Source: Escherichia phage teqhal | Length of the DNA stretch: 64,000 nucleotides | Direction: 5' to 3' (one strand) | Sequence record: MN895435.1 | Shown here: in pieces, positions 10,075 through 19,843 of the stretch | Layout of the letters: each line of letters starts with the position of its first letter | Position numbering within the stretch: position 1 is the first letter of the stretch | Translations under genes and position numbers: made by a program | Notes under the pieces: model-generated | The model's database searches: none | Told to the model about the DNA's origin: nothing | Seen by the model: the letters and a program-made list of their open reading frames with translations, nothing else

Positions 10075-10638
10075 ATGAGCTTATTTGAAGATGATATTCA
10101 ATTAAACGAGCATCAAGTTGCTTGGTATTCAAAAGATTGGACAGCTGTCCAATCTGCTGCTGATTCTTTTAAAGAAAAAGCTGAAAATGAATTTTTTGAA
10201 ATAATTGGAGCTATTAATAATAAAACTAAATGCTCAATTGCCCAAAAAGATTATTCAAAATTCATGGTTGAAAATGCATTATCACAATTTCCAGAGTGCA
10301 TGCCAGCTGTATATGCTATGAATTTAATTGGATCAGGCTTAAGTGATGAAGCTCATTTTAATTATCTAATGGCTGCAGTTCCTCGTGGTAAAAGATATGG
10401 TAAATGGGCAAAACTGGTTGAAGATTCCACCGAAGTATTGATTATTAAGTTACTTGCTAAGCGGTATCAAGTTAATACAAATGATGCAATTAACTATAAA
10501 TCAATTCTTACTAAAAATGGAAAACTTCCTTTAGTATTAAAAGAACTAAAAGGTTTAGTCACGGATGATTTTTTGAAAGAAGTGACTAAGAACGTAAAAG
10601 AACAGAAACAACTCAAAAAACTAGCATTGGAATGGTAA
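10075..10638 (+). CDS. 62: clamp loader small subunit gp62
   Basis: 187 aa, immediately after gp44, T4 gp62 length. Confidence 0.85.
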   Translation: MSLFEDDIQLNEHQVAWYSKDWTAVQSAADSFKEKAENEFFEIIGAINNKTKCSIAQKDYSKFMVENALSQFPECMPAVYAMNLIGSGLSDEAHFNYLMAAVPRGKRYGKWAKLVEDSTEVLIIKLLAKRYQVNTNDAINYKSILTKNGKLPLVLKELKGLVTDDFLKEVTKNVKEQKQLKKLALEW

Positions 10639-10639
10639 A

Positions 10640-11008
10640 ATGATTGAAATTACTCTTAAAAAACCTGAAGATTTTCTGAAAGTAAAAGAAACTTTGACTC
10701 GTATGGGAATTGCTAATAATAAAGATAAAGTTCTGTATCAGTCCTGTCATATTCTTCAGAAAAAAGGACTATACTATATCGTTCATTTTAAAGAAATGCT
10801 TCGTATGGATGGTCGTCAAGTTGAAATGACAGAAGAAGATGAAGTTCGTCGTGATTCGATTGCATGGCTATTAGAAGATTGGGGACTGATTGAAATCGTT
10901 CCTGGTCAAAGAACTTTTATGAAAGATTTAACTAATAACTTCCGAGTTATTTCTTTTAAACAAAAACATGAATGGAAACTCGTTCCTAAATATACGATTG
11001 GTAATTAA
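10640..11008 (+). CDS. regA: translational repressor RegA
   Basis: 122 aa, MIEITLKKPEDFLKVKETLTRMGIANNKDKVLYQSCHIL matches remembered T4 RegA. Confidence 0.85.
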   Translation: MIEITLKKPEDFLKVKETLTRMGIANNKDKVLYQSCHILQKKGLYYIVHFKEMLRMDGRQVEMTEEDEVRRDSIAWLLEDWGLIEIVPGQRTFMKDLTNNFRVISFKQKHEWKLVPKYTIGN

Positions 11009-11009
11009 T

Positions 11010-11231
11010 ATGACTGCTATAACTCCGCAAGAATACATGGCGTCTCTTAAAGAAAAATATAATCTTTCTGCAACAGAAACACTTTTCGATTTACCAGAAA
11101 ACCTTCAACTAAAATTTCAGGTAGAATTTCAAAAATTAGTTCACCCAGAACAAAAACACTTTACCGCGGTCGTTAAGTCAATTAATGCAGATGGATTGAC
11201 AATTTTCACCCGACAAATAGTACTAATTTAA
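11010..11231 (+). CDS. hypothetical protein
   Basis: 73 aa from internal ATG of track ORF 10968..11231, starting right after regA stop. Confidence 0.4.
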   Translation: MTAITPQEYMASLKEKYNLSATETLFDLPENLQLKFQVEFQKLVHPEQKHFTAVVKSINADGLTIFTRQIVLI

Positions 11232-11234
11232 GCA

Positions 11235-11255
11235 AGGGGCTTCGGCCCCTTAATT
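11235..11255 (+). terminator. UUCG-loop hairpin AAGGGGCTTCGGCCCCTT
   Basis: palindrome upstream of gene 43. Confidence 0.55.
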
Positions 11256-11309
11256 GGAGTATAATATATCAAGAGCCTAATAACTCGGGCTATAAACTAA
11301 GGAATATCT

Positions 11310-14006
11310 ATGAAAGAATTTTATATCTCTATCGAAACAGTCGGAAATAACATTGTTGAACGTTATATTGATGAAAACGGAAAGGAACGTACTCGTGAAG
11401 TAGAATATCTTCCAACTATGTTTAGGCATTGTAAGGAAGAGTCAAAGTACAAAGACATTTATGGTAAAAATTGCGCTCCTCAAAAATTTCAATCAATGAA
11501 AGATGCTCGAGATTGGATGAAGCGAATGGAAGACATCGGTCTCGAAGCTCTTGGTATGAACGATTTTAAACTCGCTTATATCAGTGATACGTATGGTTCA
11601 GAAATTGTTTATGACCGAAAATTTGTTCGTGTAGCTAACTGTGACATTGAGGTTACTGGTGATAAATTTCCTGACCCAATGAAAGCTGAATATGAAATTG
11701 ATGCTATCACTCATTATGATTCAATTGACGATCGTTTTTACGTCTTTGATTTGTTGAATTCAATGTACGGTTCAGTATCAAAATGGGATGCAAAGTTAGC
11801 TGCTAAGCTTGACTGTGAAGGTGGTGATGAAGTTCCTCAAGAAATTCTTGACCGAGTAATTTATATGCCATTTGATAATGAGCGTGATATGCTCATGGAA
11901 TATATTAATCTCTGGGAACAGAAACGACCTGCTATTTTTACCGGTTGGAATATTGAGGGATTTGACGTTCCGTATATCATGAATCGTGTTAAAATGGTTC
12001 TCGGTGAACGTAGTATGAAACGCTTCTCTCCAATCGGTCGAGTAAAATCTAAACTAATTCAAAATATGTACGGTAGCAAAGAAATTTATTCTATTGATGG
12101 CGTATCTATTCTTGATTATTTAGATTTGTACAAGAAATTCGCTTTTACTAATTTGCCGTCATTCTCTTTGGAATCAGTTGCTCAACATGAAACCAAAAAA
12201 GGTAAATTACCGTATGATGGTCCTATTAATAAACTTCGTGAGACTAATCATCAACGATACATTAGTTATAACATCATTGACGTAGAATCAGTTCAAGCAA
12301 TTGATAAAATTCGCGGGTTTATCGATCTAGTTTTAAGTATGTCTTATTACGCTAAAATGCCTTTTTCTGGTGTAATGAGTCCTATTAAAACCTGGGATGC
12401 TATTATTTTTAACTCATTGAAAGGTGAACATAAGGTTATTCCTCAACAAGGTTCGCACGTTAAACAGAGTTTTCCGGGTGCATTTGTGTTTGAACCTAAA
12501 CCAATTGCTCGTCGATATATTATGAGTTTTGACTTGACGTCTCTGTATCCGAGCATTATTCGTCAGGTTAACATTAGTCCTGAGACTATTCGTGGACAAT
12601 TTAAAGTTCATCCAATTCATGAATATATCGCAGGAACAGCTCCTAAGCCAAGTGAAGAATATTCTTGTTCTCCGAATGGATGGATGTATGATAAGCATCA
12701 AGAAGGTATCATTCCAAAGGAAATCGCTAAAGTATTTTTCCAGCGTAAAGACTGGAAAAAGAAAATGTTCGCTGAAGAAATGAATGCCGAAGCTATTAAA
12801 AAGATTATTATGAAAGGCGCAGGGTCTTGTTCAACTAAACCAGAAGTTGAACGATATGTTAAGTTCACTGATGATTTTTTAAATGAACTGTCGAATTACA
12901 CCGAATCTGTTCTCAATAGTCTGATTGAAGAATGTGAAAAAGCGGCTACACTTGCTAATACAAATCAGCTGAACCGTAAAATTCTCATTAACAGTCTTTA
13001 TGGTGCTCTTGGTAATATTCATTTCCGTTACTATGATTTGCGAAATGCTACTGCTATCACAATTTTTGGCCAAGTCGGTATTCAGTGGATTGCTCGTAAA
13101 ATTAATGAATATCTGAATAAAGTATGCGGAACTAATGGCGAAGATTTCATTGCAGCAGGTGATACTGATTCGGTATATGTTTGTGTAGATAAAGTTATTG
13201 AAAAAGTTGGTCTTGACCGATTCAAAGAGCAGAACGATTTAGTTGAATTCATGAATCAGTTCGGTAAGAAAAAGATGGAACCTATGATTGATGTTGCATA
13301 TCGTGAGTTATGTGATTATATGAATAACCGCGAGCATCTGATGCATATGGACCGTGAAGCTATTTCTTGCCCTCCACTTGGTTCAAAGGGCGTTGGTGGA
13401 TTTTGGAAAGCGAAAAAGCGTTATGCTCTGAACGTTTATGATATGGAAGATAAGCGTTTTGCTGAACCACATCTAAAAATCATGGGTATGGAAACTCAGC
13501 AGAGTTCAACGCCTAAAGCGGTCCAAGAAGCTCTCGAAGAAAGTATTCGTCGTATTCTTCAGGAAGGTGAAGAGTCTGTCCAAGAATATTACAAGAACTT
13601 CGAGAAAGAATATCGTCAACTTGACTATAAAGTTATTGCTGAAGTAAAAACTGCGAACGATATAGCGAAATATGATGATAAAGGTTGGCCAGGATTTAAA
13701 TGTCCGTTCCATATTCGTGGTGTGCTAACTTATCGTCGAGCTGTTAGCGGTTTAGGTGTAGCTCCAATTTTGGATGGAAATAAAGTAATGGTTCTTCCAT
13801 TGCGTGAAGGAAATCCATTTGGTGACAAGTGCATTGCTTGGCCGTCGGGTACAGAACTTCCAAAAGAAATTCGTTCTGACGTACTGTCTTGGATTGACTA
13901 CTCAACTTTGTTCCAAAAATCGTTTGTTAAACCGCTTGCAGGCATGTGTGAATCGGCTGGTATGGACTATGAAGAAAAAGCTTCGTTAGACTTCCTGTTT
14001 GGCTGA
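11310..14006 (+). CDS. 43: DNA polymerase gp43 (family B)
   Basis: 898 aa, same length as T4 gp43, exonuclease and polymerase motifs (DTDS), no intein or intron. Confidence 0.95.
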   Translation: MKEFYISIETVGNNIVERYIDENGKERTREVEYLPTMFRHCKEESKYKDIYGKNCAPQKFQSMKDARDWMKRMEDIGLEALGMNDFKLAYISDTYGSEIVYDRKFVRVANCDIEVTGDKFPDPMKAEYEIDAITHYDSIDDRFYVFDLLNSMYGSVSKWDAKLAAKLDCEGGDEVPQEILDRVIYMPFDNERDMLMEYINLWEQKRPAIFTGWNIEGFDVPYIMNRVKMVLGERSMKRFSPIGRVKSKLIQNMYGSKEIYSIDGVSILDYLDLYKKFAFTNLPSFSLESVAQHETKKGKLPYDGPINKLRETNHQRYISYNIIDVESVQAIDKIRGFIDLVLSMSYYAKMPFSGVMSPIKTWDAIIFNSLKGEHKVIPQQGSHVKQSFPGAFVFEPKPIARRYIMSFDLTSLYPSIIRQVNISPETIRGQFKVHPIHEYIAGTAPKPSEEYSCSPNGWMYDKHQEGIIPKEIAKVFFQRKDWKKKMFAEEMNAEAIKKIIMKGAGSCSTKPEVERYVKFTDDFLNELSNYTESVLNSLIEECEKAATLANTNQLNRKILINSLYGALGNIHFRYYDLRNATAITIFGQVGIQWIARKINEYLNKVCGTNGEDFIAAGDTDSVYVCVDKVIEKVGLDRFKEQNDLVEFMNQFGKKKMEPMIDVAYRELCDYMNNREHLMHMDREAISCPPLGSKGVGGFWKAKKRYALNVYDMEDKRFAEPHLKIMGMETQQSSTPKAVQEALEESIRRILQEGEESVQEYYKNFEKEYRQLDYKVIAEVKTANDIAKYDDKGWPGFKCPFHIRGVLTYRRAVSGLGVAPILDGNKVMVLPLREGNPFGDKCIAWPSGTELPKEIRSDVLSWIDYSTLFQKSFVKPLAGMCESAGMDYEEKASLDFLFG

Positions 14007-14015
14007 TAGAATAAA

Positions 14016-14040
14016 TCTAGGGACATCCGGGTCCCTTTTT
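14016..14040 (+). terminator. hairpin TAGGGACATCCGGGTCCCTTTTT
   Basis: stem-loop plus T-run after gene 43. Confidence 0.55.
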
Positions 14041-14123
14041 CATACAAGTAATATAAATCTATACTTATGAAAAACAGATGATTCTGGACCTTTAGAATTC
14101 CCTAAAAAAATTTTCACAAAACT

Positions 14124-14156
14124 GTTTACAAGACTGTTCTTCCATGGTACTATACA
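14124..14156 (+). promoter_or_regulatory. T4-type early promoter (GTTTACA ... TACTATA) with A/T-rich UP region
   Basis: GTTTACAAGACTGTTCTTCCATGGTACTATACA, conserved cassette. Confidence 0.55.
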
Positions 14157-14187
14157 ACTATCAACTAATACGGATTTGGAGAATAAA

Positions 14188-14424
14188 ATGAAAATTGTTA
14201 TGGGATGCTTAGCAGTTTGTTTAGTTGCATTAGCAGCAGTTCCATTTGTTAGTGTTGAAAATGATACTCAACCTGTGATTGAATCTAGCACCGTTATTCA
14301 CACTAATGGTAAAATATCAGTTAAAATTGATGATAATCTTCATGTGAATACAAATGGATCTTTAGGTGTGCAAATGGGTAATACCTGCGTAAGCACTACT
14401 GGAGTAATTACTACTTGCATTTGA
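14188..14424 (+). CDS. small secreted protein (signal peptide)
   Basis: 78 aa from ATG 14188 (track ORF begins at upstream TTG); hydrophobic N-terminus MKIVMGCLAVCLVALAAVPF. Confidence 0.5.
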   Translation: MKIVMGCLAVCLVALAAVPFVSVENDTQPVIESSTVIHTNGKISVKIDDNLHVNTNGSLGVQMGNTCVSTTGVITTCI

Positions 14425-14434
14425 GGAAATTATT

Positions 14435-14815
14435 ATGAAAATCGCTATTTTGGTTATTGCATTAGGTCTTACTGGTTGTGTAGCTCAAGGACCGGTAGTA
14501 AATCAGTCTGATGCAGGAAAAATTGTAAACTGTTCAAGCAAATTTTATAATCCTAATGTCAAGTGTTATAAAGAAGCTCCAAAGCAAACAGTAGAACAAA
14601 TGCAGGCGAATTTTGACGAAGCTATTCGTCCAGATGAATCTGCTCAAGCATATCGTAATTCAGATGTAATTACACGCGAAGAAAAAATTGAAAACTACTG
14701 CGCCGAAATTTGGGCTAATTGGGCTAATAATTACCAATGGCGTACTGGTAAAAATGCTCCGATGGAGTATGTAGTGAATTCTTATAATTCATGTGTAAAA
14801 AATTTGACTAAGTGA
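14435..14815 (+). CDS. putative lipoprotein
   Basis: 126 aa, lipobox LTGC after signal peptide MKIAILVIALGLTGC, several Cys pairs. Confidence 0.55.
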   Translation: MKIAILVIALGLTGCVAQGPVVNQSDAGKIVNCSSKFYNPNVKCYKEAPKQTVEQMQANFDEAIRPDESAQAYRNSDVITREEKIENYCAEIWANWANNYQWRTGKNAPMEYVVNSYNSCVKNLTK

Positions 14816-14822
14816 GGAAAAC

Positions 14823-15074
14823 ATGGAAACTTTAGTAGCAGGTTCAATTTTTATGGTTTTAGTTTCAGGTGTGTTGGCTATTATTATATACATGCTTCCA
14901 TGGTTTATCGCCTTGATGCGTGGGTCAAAATCTACAGTAGGAATCTTTTTCACGTCTTTACTGTTTAACTGGTCAATTATTGGTTGGTTTATTACATTTA
15001 TTTGGTCAATTGCGGGTGAAACTAAAAAGTCTGCACAACCAAATCAGGTAATTATCATCAGAGAGAAGGAATGA
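14823..15074 (+). CDS. imm: superinfection immunity protein Imm
   Basis: 83 aa two-TM membrane protein at the T4 imm position between 43 and 42. Confidence 0.75.
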   Translation: METLVAGSIFMVLVSGVLAIIIYMLPWFIALMRGSKSTVGIFFTSLLFNWSIIGWFITFIWSIAGETKKSAQPNQVIIIREKE

Positions 15075-15220
15075 AAAGCAAAATTATAACAGTGTTGCTT
15101 TTAATCTTGATGGTTATAATAAGTATATACTATAGCGTAACAGTTCCTGCTATGATTCCAACTCTTATCATAGGGTGGGGTTTATTACTGTTACAAGTTA
15201 AATATGAATGTATCAATTGA
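15071..15220 (+). CDS. small membrane peptide (49 aa)
   Basis: ATGA overlap with imm stop; MKSKIITVLLLILMVIISIYY; not in ORF track (under 60 aa). Confidence 0.35.
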   Translation: MKSKIITVLLLILMVIISIYYSVTVPAMIPTLIIGWGLLLLQVKYECIN

Positions 15221-15227
15221 GGTTTAA

Positions 15228-15968
15228 ATGATTAGTGACTCTATGGCAGTTGAAGAAATCCGTCTTCATTTGGGGCTTGCATTAAAAGAAAAAGATTTCG
15301 TAGTTGATAAAACTGGCGTTAAAACTATTGAAATTATTGGCGCATCATTTGTAGCAGATGAACCGTTTATTTTTGGCGCTCTTAATGATGAATACATTCA
15401 GCGTGAACTTGAATGGTACAAGTCTCAAAGTCTGTTTGTTAAAGATATTCCGGGTGAAACACCAAAGATTTGGCAGCAGGTAGCATCTTCTAAAGGCGAA
15501 ATTAACTCGAATTATGGTTGGGCTATTTGGTCAGAAGATAACTATGCCCAGTATGATATGTGTTTAGCTGAACTTGGTCAAAATCCTGATTCTCGGCGTG
15601 GTATCATGATTTATACTCGTCCATCCATGCAATTTGACTACAATAAAGATGGTATGTCAGATTTCATGTGTACTAATACAGTACAGTACCTGATTCGTGA
15701 TAAGAAAGTCAATGCAGTAGTAAGCATGCGCTCAAATGACGTGGTCTTCGGATTCCGTAATGATTATGCATGGCAAAAATACGTATTAGATAAATTAGTA
15801 TCTGATTTGAATGCAGGCGATTCAACTCGTCAGTATAAAGCAGGTTCTATTATATGGAATGTTGGAAGTCTTCATGTATATTCTCGTCATTTTTACTTGG
15901 TTGATCATTGGTGGAATACTGGCGAAACTCATATTGTGAAAAAAGACTATAAAGGTGAGTGGAAATGA
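15228..15968 (+). CDS. 42: dCMP hydroxymethylase gp42
   Basis: 246 aa, thymidylate-synthase-like fold, T4 gp42 length. Confidence 0.9.
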   Translation: MISDSMAVEEIRLHLGLALKEKDFVVDKTGVKTIEIIGASFVADEPFIFGALNDEYIQRELEWYKSQSLFVKDIPGETPKIWQQVASSKGEINSNYGWAIWSEDNYAQYDMCLAELGQNPDSRRGIMIYTRPSMQFDYNKDGMSDFMCTNTVQYLIRDKKVNAVVSMRSNDVVFGFRNDYAWQKYVLDKLVSDLNAGDSTRQYKAGSIIWNVGSLHVYSRHFYLVDHWWNTGETHIVKKDYKGEWK

Positions 15969-16807
15969 TTCAATTCGTAATTCCAAGTTATCAACGCGTC
16001 GGGGCAGTTTCTGCCCTTGATATGTTTCCATCTGATTATGAACCGCATATTGTAGTACGTGAACACGAAGAAAAAGCTTATTATGATGCCTATGGGTCTA
16101 GAGCTAAAATTATAACTATTCCTGATGACGTAAATGGAATTGCCGGTACTCGTAAAGCAATTACTGATATGTATGCAGGTCAACGAATCTGGATGATTGA
16201 CGATGATACTACTATTCGTATGAGTTCAATGCGAAAAAGAGATGACCGTCGTTGTGTGGATAAAGTCAATCAATTGACTCATGAACAGTTCTATGAATTG
16301 ATTCAATACGTCGAAGATGCCATGGATTGCGGGTATTATCATGGTCATGCTCGCCTACCAATTTTTAAAATTACTTCATCTTGGGGTAATTATCGTGAAA
16401 ATTCATATGGATTCACGAATACATGGTATGACCTTGGAAAACTTACGACAGAACAAATTGGGTATGGAAAAATTGATTTGTGCGAAGATATGTATGCATT
16501 TCTCAATTTAATTAATCAAGGTTATCCGCATTTGGCCCTGTTCAAATATCTAGTTGTATCTGGAAAAGCACAAGCTCCTGGCGGGTGTAGTTCAATTCGT
16601 AGTAATTCTAAACATAATAGAGCGCTTGAGCAAATCAATAGAGAGTTTCCAGAGCAAGCTCGTTGGAAAACTTCTAATATTGAAAAACGAAAATCGTTGG
16701 GTGAAGAAGACGAGCCATTAAAGGTTCTTCGCATGTGTGTTTCGCGTAAAGAAAAATCAGAAGCATTTCATAAGTTTAATGCTATTCATCCGATAGCAGT
16801 TGATTAA
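15965..16807 (+). CDS. putative glycosyltransferase (GT-A-like, DxD) at the locus occupied by beta-gt in T4
   Basis: 280 aa from ATG 15965 (ATGA overlap with gene 42); WMIDDDTTIR DxD-type motif; not alignable to remembered T4 beta-gt (351 aa). Confidence 0.6.
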   Translation: MIQFVIPSYQRVGAVSALDMFPSDYEPHIVVREHEEKAYYDAYGSRAKIITIPDDVNGIAGTRKAITDMYAGQRIWMIDDDTTIRMSSMRKRDDRRCVDKVNQLTHEQFYELIQYVEDAMDCGYYHGHARLPIFKITSSWGNYRENSYGFTNTWYDLGKLTTEQIGYGKIDLCEDMYAFLNLINQGYPHLALFKYLVVSGKAQAPGGCSSIRSNSKHNRALEQINREFPEQARWKTSNIEKRKSLGEEDEPLKVLRMCVSRKEKSEAFHKFNAIHPIAVD

Positions 16808-16884
16808 TGCCTAAATTTATTGTGTTATAATTACTCTATCTTTAACCAGTGAGGAAAATATAATGATGCCTATGGAAAAAATGA

Positions 16885-18066
16885 ATGTCTATTGCAGATT
16901 TAAAATCCCGTTTGATTAAAGCTTCCACTTCTAAAATGACTGCTGAACTGACTACATCTAAATTCTTTAATGAAAAGGATGTAATCCGTACAAAAATCCC
17001 AATGCTTAATATTGCTATTTCTGGTGCGATTGATGGCGGCATGCAGTCTGGTTTAACTATTTTTGCAGGGCCTTCTAAACACTTTAAATCAAATATGTCT
17101 TTGACTATGGTTGCGGCGTATTTGAACAAATATCCTGATGCAGTTTGTCTATTCTATGATAGCGAATTTGGTATTACTCCAGCTTATTTGCGATCCATGG
17201 GAGTTGACCCGGAACGAGTAATTCATACGCCAATCCAGTCAGTTGAACAGTTGAAAATTGATATGGTGAACCAGCTTGAAGCTATTGAGCGCGGTGAAAA
17301 GGTTATTGTATTCATCGACTCAATTGGTAATATGGCTTCTAAGAAAGAAACGGAAGATGCCTTGAATGAAAAATCTGTGGCAGATATGACTCGTGCTAAA
17401 TCACTGAAGTCATTATTCCGTATTGTTACTCCTTACTTTAGCATTAAAAATATTCCATGTGTTGCGGTTAACCATACAATTGAAACAATTGAAATGTTTA
17501 GTAAAACCGTGATGACAGGTGGTACAGGCGTAATGTATTCGGCTGATACTGTATTCATTATCGGTAAGCGCCAGATTAAAGATGGTTCTGATCTTCAGGG
17601 GTATCAATTTGTTCTAAATGTAGAAAAATCTCGTACCGTTAAAGAAAAAAGTAAATTCTTTATTGATGTTAAATTTGACGGTGGCATCGATCCTTATTCT
17701 GGATTGTTAGATATGGCTCTTGAATTAGGATTTGTGGTAAAACCTAAAAATGGCTGGTATGCTCGTGAATTTCTTGATGAAGAAACCGGCGAGATGATTC
17801 GCGAAGAAAAATCTTGGCGTGCAAAAGATACCAATTGCACTACATTCTGGGGTCCTTTATTTAAGCATCAACCATTCCGAGATGCTATTAAACGTGCTTA
17901 TCAGTTAGGTGCTATTGATAGTAATGAAATTGTTGAAGCTGAAGTTGATGAATTGATTAACTCAAAGGTTGAAAAATTTAAATCTCCAGAAAGTAAAAGT
18001 AAATCAGCAGCTGATTTAGAAACTGACCTAGATCAGTTAAGTGATATGGAAGAATTTAATGAATAA
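16885..18066 (+). CDS. uvsX: recombinase UvsX (RecA/Rad51-like)
   Basis: 393 aa, DLKSRLIKASTSK N-terminus, Walker A GPSKHFKS. Confidence 0.9.
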   Translation: MSIADLKSRLIKASTSKMTAELTTSKFFNEKDVIRTKIPMLNIAISGAIDGGMQSGLTIFAGPSKHFKSNMSLTMVAAYLNKYPDAVCLFYDSEFGITPAYLRSMGVDPERVIHTPIQSVEQLKIDMVNQLEAIERGEKVIVFIDSIGNMASKKETEDALNEKSVADMTRAKSLKSLFRIVTPYFSIKNIPCVAVNHTIETIEMFSKTVMTGGTGVMYSADTVFIIGKRQIKDGSDLQGYQFVLNVEKSRTVKEKSKFFIDVKFDGGIDPYSGLLDMALELGFVVKPKNGWYAREFLDEETGEMIREEKSWRAKDTNCTTFWGPLFKHQPFRDAIKRAYQLGAIDSNEIVEAEVDELINSKVEKFKSPESKSKSAADLETDLDQLSDMEEFNE

Positions 18067-18403
18067 AGATGATTTAGACTTAGATCTAGAAATTATCGAT
18101 GAATCCCCCTCTTCGGAGGGGGAAGAAGAAAGAAAAGAACGTCTTTTTAATGAATCTCTTAAGATAATTAAATCTGCCATGGAAAATGTTATCCAGGAGA
18201 TTGTCATTAAACTAGAAGACGGTTCTACACACATTGTGTATGTGACAAAATTAGATTGGGTTGATGGAAAAGTCGTAATGGACTTTGCTGTTCTTGACCA
18301 AGAAAGAAAAGCTGAGTTAGCTCCTCATGTAGAAAAATGTATTACAATGCAACTACAAGATGCATTTAATAAAAGGTCAAAGAAAAAATTTAAATTCTTT
18401 TAA
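18059..18403 (+). CDS. 40: head vertex assembly chaperone gp40
   Basis: 114 aa from internal ATG of track ORF 18041..18403, position between uvsX and 41. Confidence 0.55.
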   Translation: MNKDDLDLDLEIIDESPSSEGEEERKERLFNESLKIIKSAMENVIQEIVIKLEDGSTHIVYVTKLDWVDGKVVMDFAVLDQERKAELAPHVEKCITMQLQDAFNKRSKKKFKFF

Positions 18404-18412
18404 GGAGTAAGT

Positions 18413-19840
18413 GTGGTAGAAATTATTCTTTCCCATCTCATATTTGATCAAGCTTATTTTTCAAAAGTTTGGCCATATATGGATTCAGAATATTTTGAAA
18501 GTGGTCCAGCTAAAAATACATTCAAATTAATTAAATCTCATGTTAATGAGTACCATAGCGTTCCATCTATTAATGCGTTAAATGTTGCATTAGAAAATAG
18601 TTCATTTACTGAAACAGAATATTCTGGTGTAAAAACACTTATTTCGAAACTAGCCGATTCTCCAGAAGACCATAGCTGGTTAGTAAAAGAAACAGAAAAA
18701 TATGTTCAGCAAAGGGCGATGTTTAATGCTACGTCTAAAATAATTGAAATTCAAACTAATGCTGAGCTTCCTCCGGAAAAACGAAATAAGAAAATGCCAG
18801 ATGTAGGTGCTATTCCTGACATCATGCGCCAAGCATTATCAATTTCATTTGATAGTTACGTTGGTCATGATTGGATGGATGACTACGAAGCACGTTGGCT
18901 ATCTTATATGAGTAAAGCTCGTAAGGTTCCATTTAGACTCAAAATTCTAAATAAAATTACTAAAGGTGGAGCTGAAACTGGAACACTGAACGTTTTAATG
19001 GCTGGTGTTAACGTCGGTAAGTCATTAGGTCTGTGTTCATTGGCAGCAGATTATTTGCAGCTCGGACATAATGTTCTTTACATTTCCATGGAAATGGCAG
19101 AAGAAGTCTGTGCTAAGCGTATTGATGCTAATATGCTTGATGTTTCTCTTGATGACATTGATGACGGGCATATTTCTTACGCTGAGTATAAAGGAAAAAT
19201 GGAAAAATGGCGTGAGAAATCTACCCTTGGTCGTTTAATCGTTAAACAGTATCCTACTGGTGGAGCAGACGCTAACACATTCAGGTCTCTCTTGAATGAA
19301 TTGAAGCTCAAGAAGAATTTTGTTCCAACAATCATTATTGTCGACTATCTAGGTATTTGTAAATCTTGCCGCATCAGAGTTTATTCAGAAAATAGTTACA
19401 CAACTGTTAAAGCTATTGCAGAGGAATTGCGTGCTCTGGCTGTTGAAACCGAAACTGTTCTTTGGACTGCAGCACAGGTCGGTAAACAAGCTTGGGACTC
19501 TTCCGATGTTAACATGAGCGATATTGCAGAATCTGCTGGTCTTCCAGCAACAGCTGATTTTATGCTTGCGGTCATTGAAACCGAGGAGCTAGCAGCTGCT
19601 GAACAACAACTCATTAAGCAAATCAAATCACGATATGGCGATAAGAATAAGTGGAATAAGTTTTTAATGGGTGTTCAAAAGGGAAATCAGAAATGGGTAG
19701 AAATTGAACAAGATTCTACTCCAACTGAAGTGAGTGAAGTAGCAGGTTCACAACAGATACAAGCTGAGCAGAATCGCTATCAAAGAAACGAATCGACTCG
19801 AGCTCAGTTAGATGCTTTGGCAAATGAATTAAAATTTTAG
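18413..19840 (+). CDS. 41: replicative helicase gp41 (DnaB-like)
   Basis: 475 aa, GTG start, Walker A GVNVGKS, T4 gp41 length. Confidence 0.9.
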   Translation: MVEIILSHLIFDQAYFSKVWPYMDSEYFESGPAKNTFKLIKSHVNEYHSVPSINALNVALENSSFTETEYSGVKTLISKLADSPEDHSWLVKETEKYVQQRAMFNATSKIIEIQTNAELPPEKRNKKMPDVGAIPDIMRQALSISFDSYVGHDWMDDYEARWLSYMSKARKVPFRLKILNKITKGGAETGTLNVLMAGVNVGKSLGLCSLAADYLQLGHNVLYISMEMAEEVCAKRIDANMLDVSLDDIDDGHISYAEYKGKMEKWREKSTLGRLIVKQYPTGGADANTFRSLLNELKLKKNFVPTIIIVDYLGICKSCRIRVYSENSYTTVKAIAEELRALAVETETVLWTAAQVGKQAWDSSDVNMSDIAESAGLPATADFMLAVIETEELAAAEQQLIKQIKSRYGDKNKWNKFLMGVQKGNQKWVEIEQDSTPTEVSEVAGSQQIQAEQNRYQRNESTRAQLDALANELKF

Positions 19841-19843
19841 TTT

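Noticed and set aside
14176-14190. TTG/GTG-initiated extensions of track ORFs (MENKM... at 14176, 33387 and 41353; others at 939, 9099, 15959, 24949, 35202, 42534, 58861, 60040)
   Set aside because: In each case an ATG with a well-spaced Shine-Dalgarno lies a few codons downstream and agrees with the remembered T4 protein N-terminus or length, so the downstream ATG was used.
18001-18066. Apparent one-base disagreement between my manual codon count and the supplied ORF coordinates at the uvsX/40 junction
   Set aside because: Most likely my own counting error. The supplied ORF coordinates were treated as authoritative, and other checkpoints (17413, 17607, 18413) agree with them.
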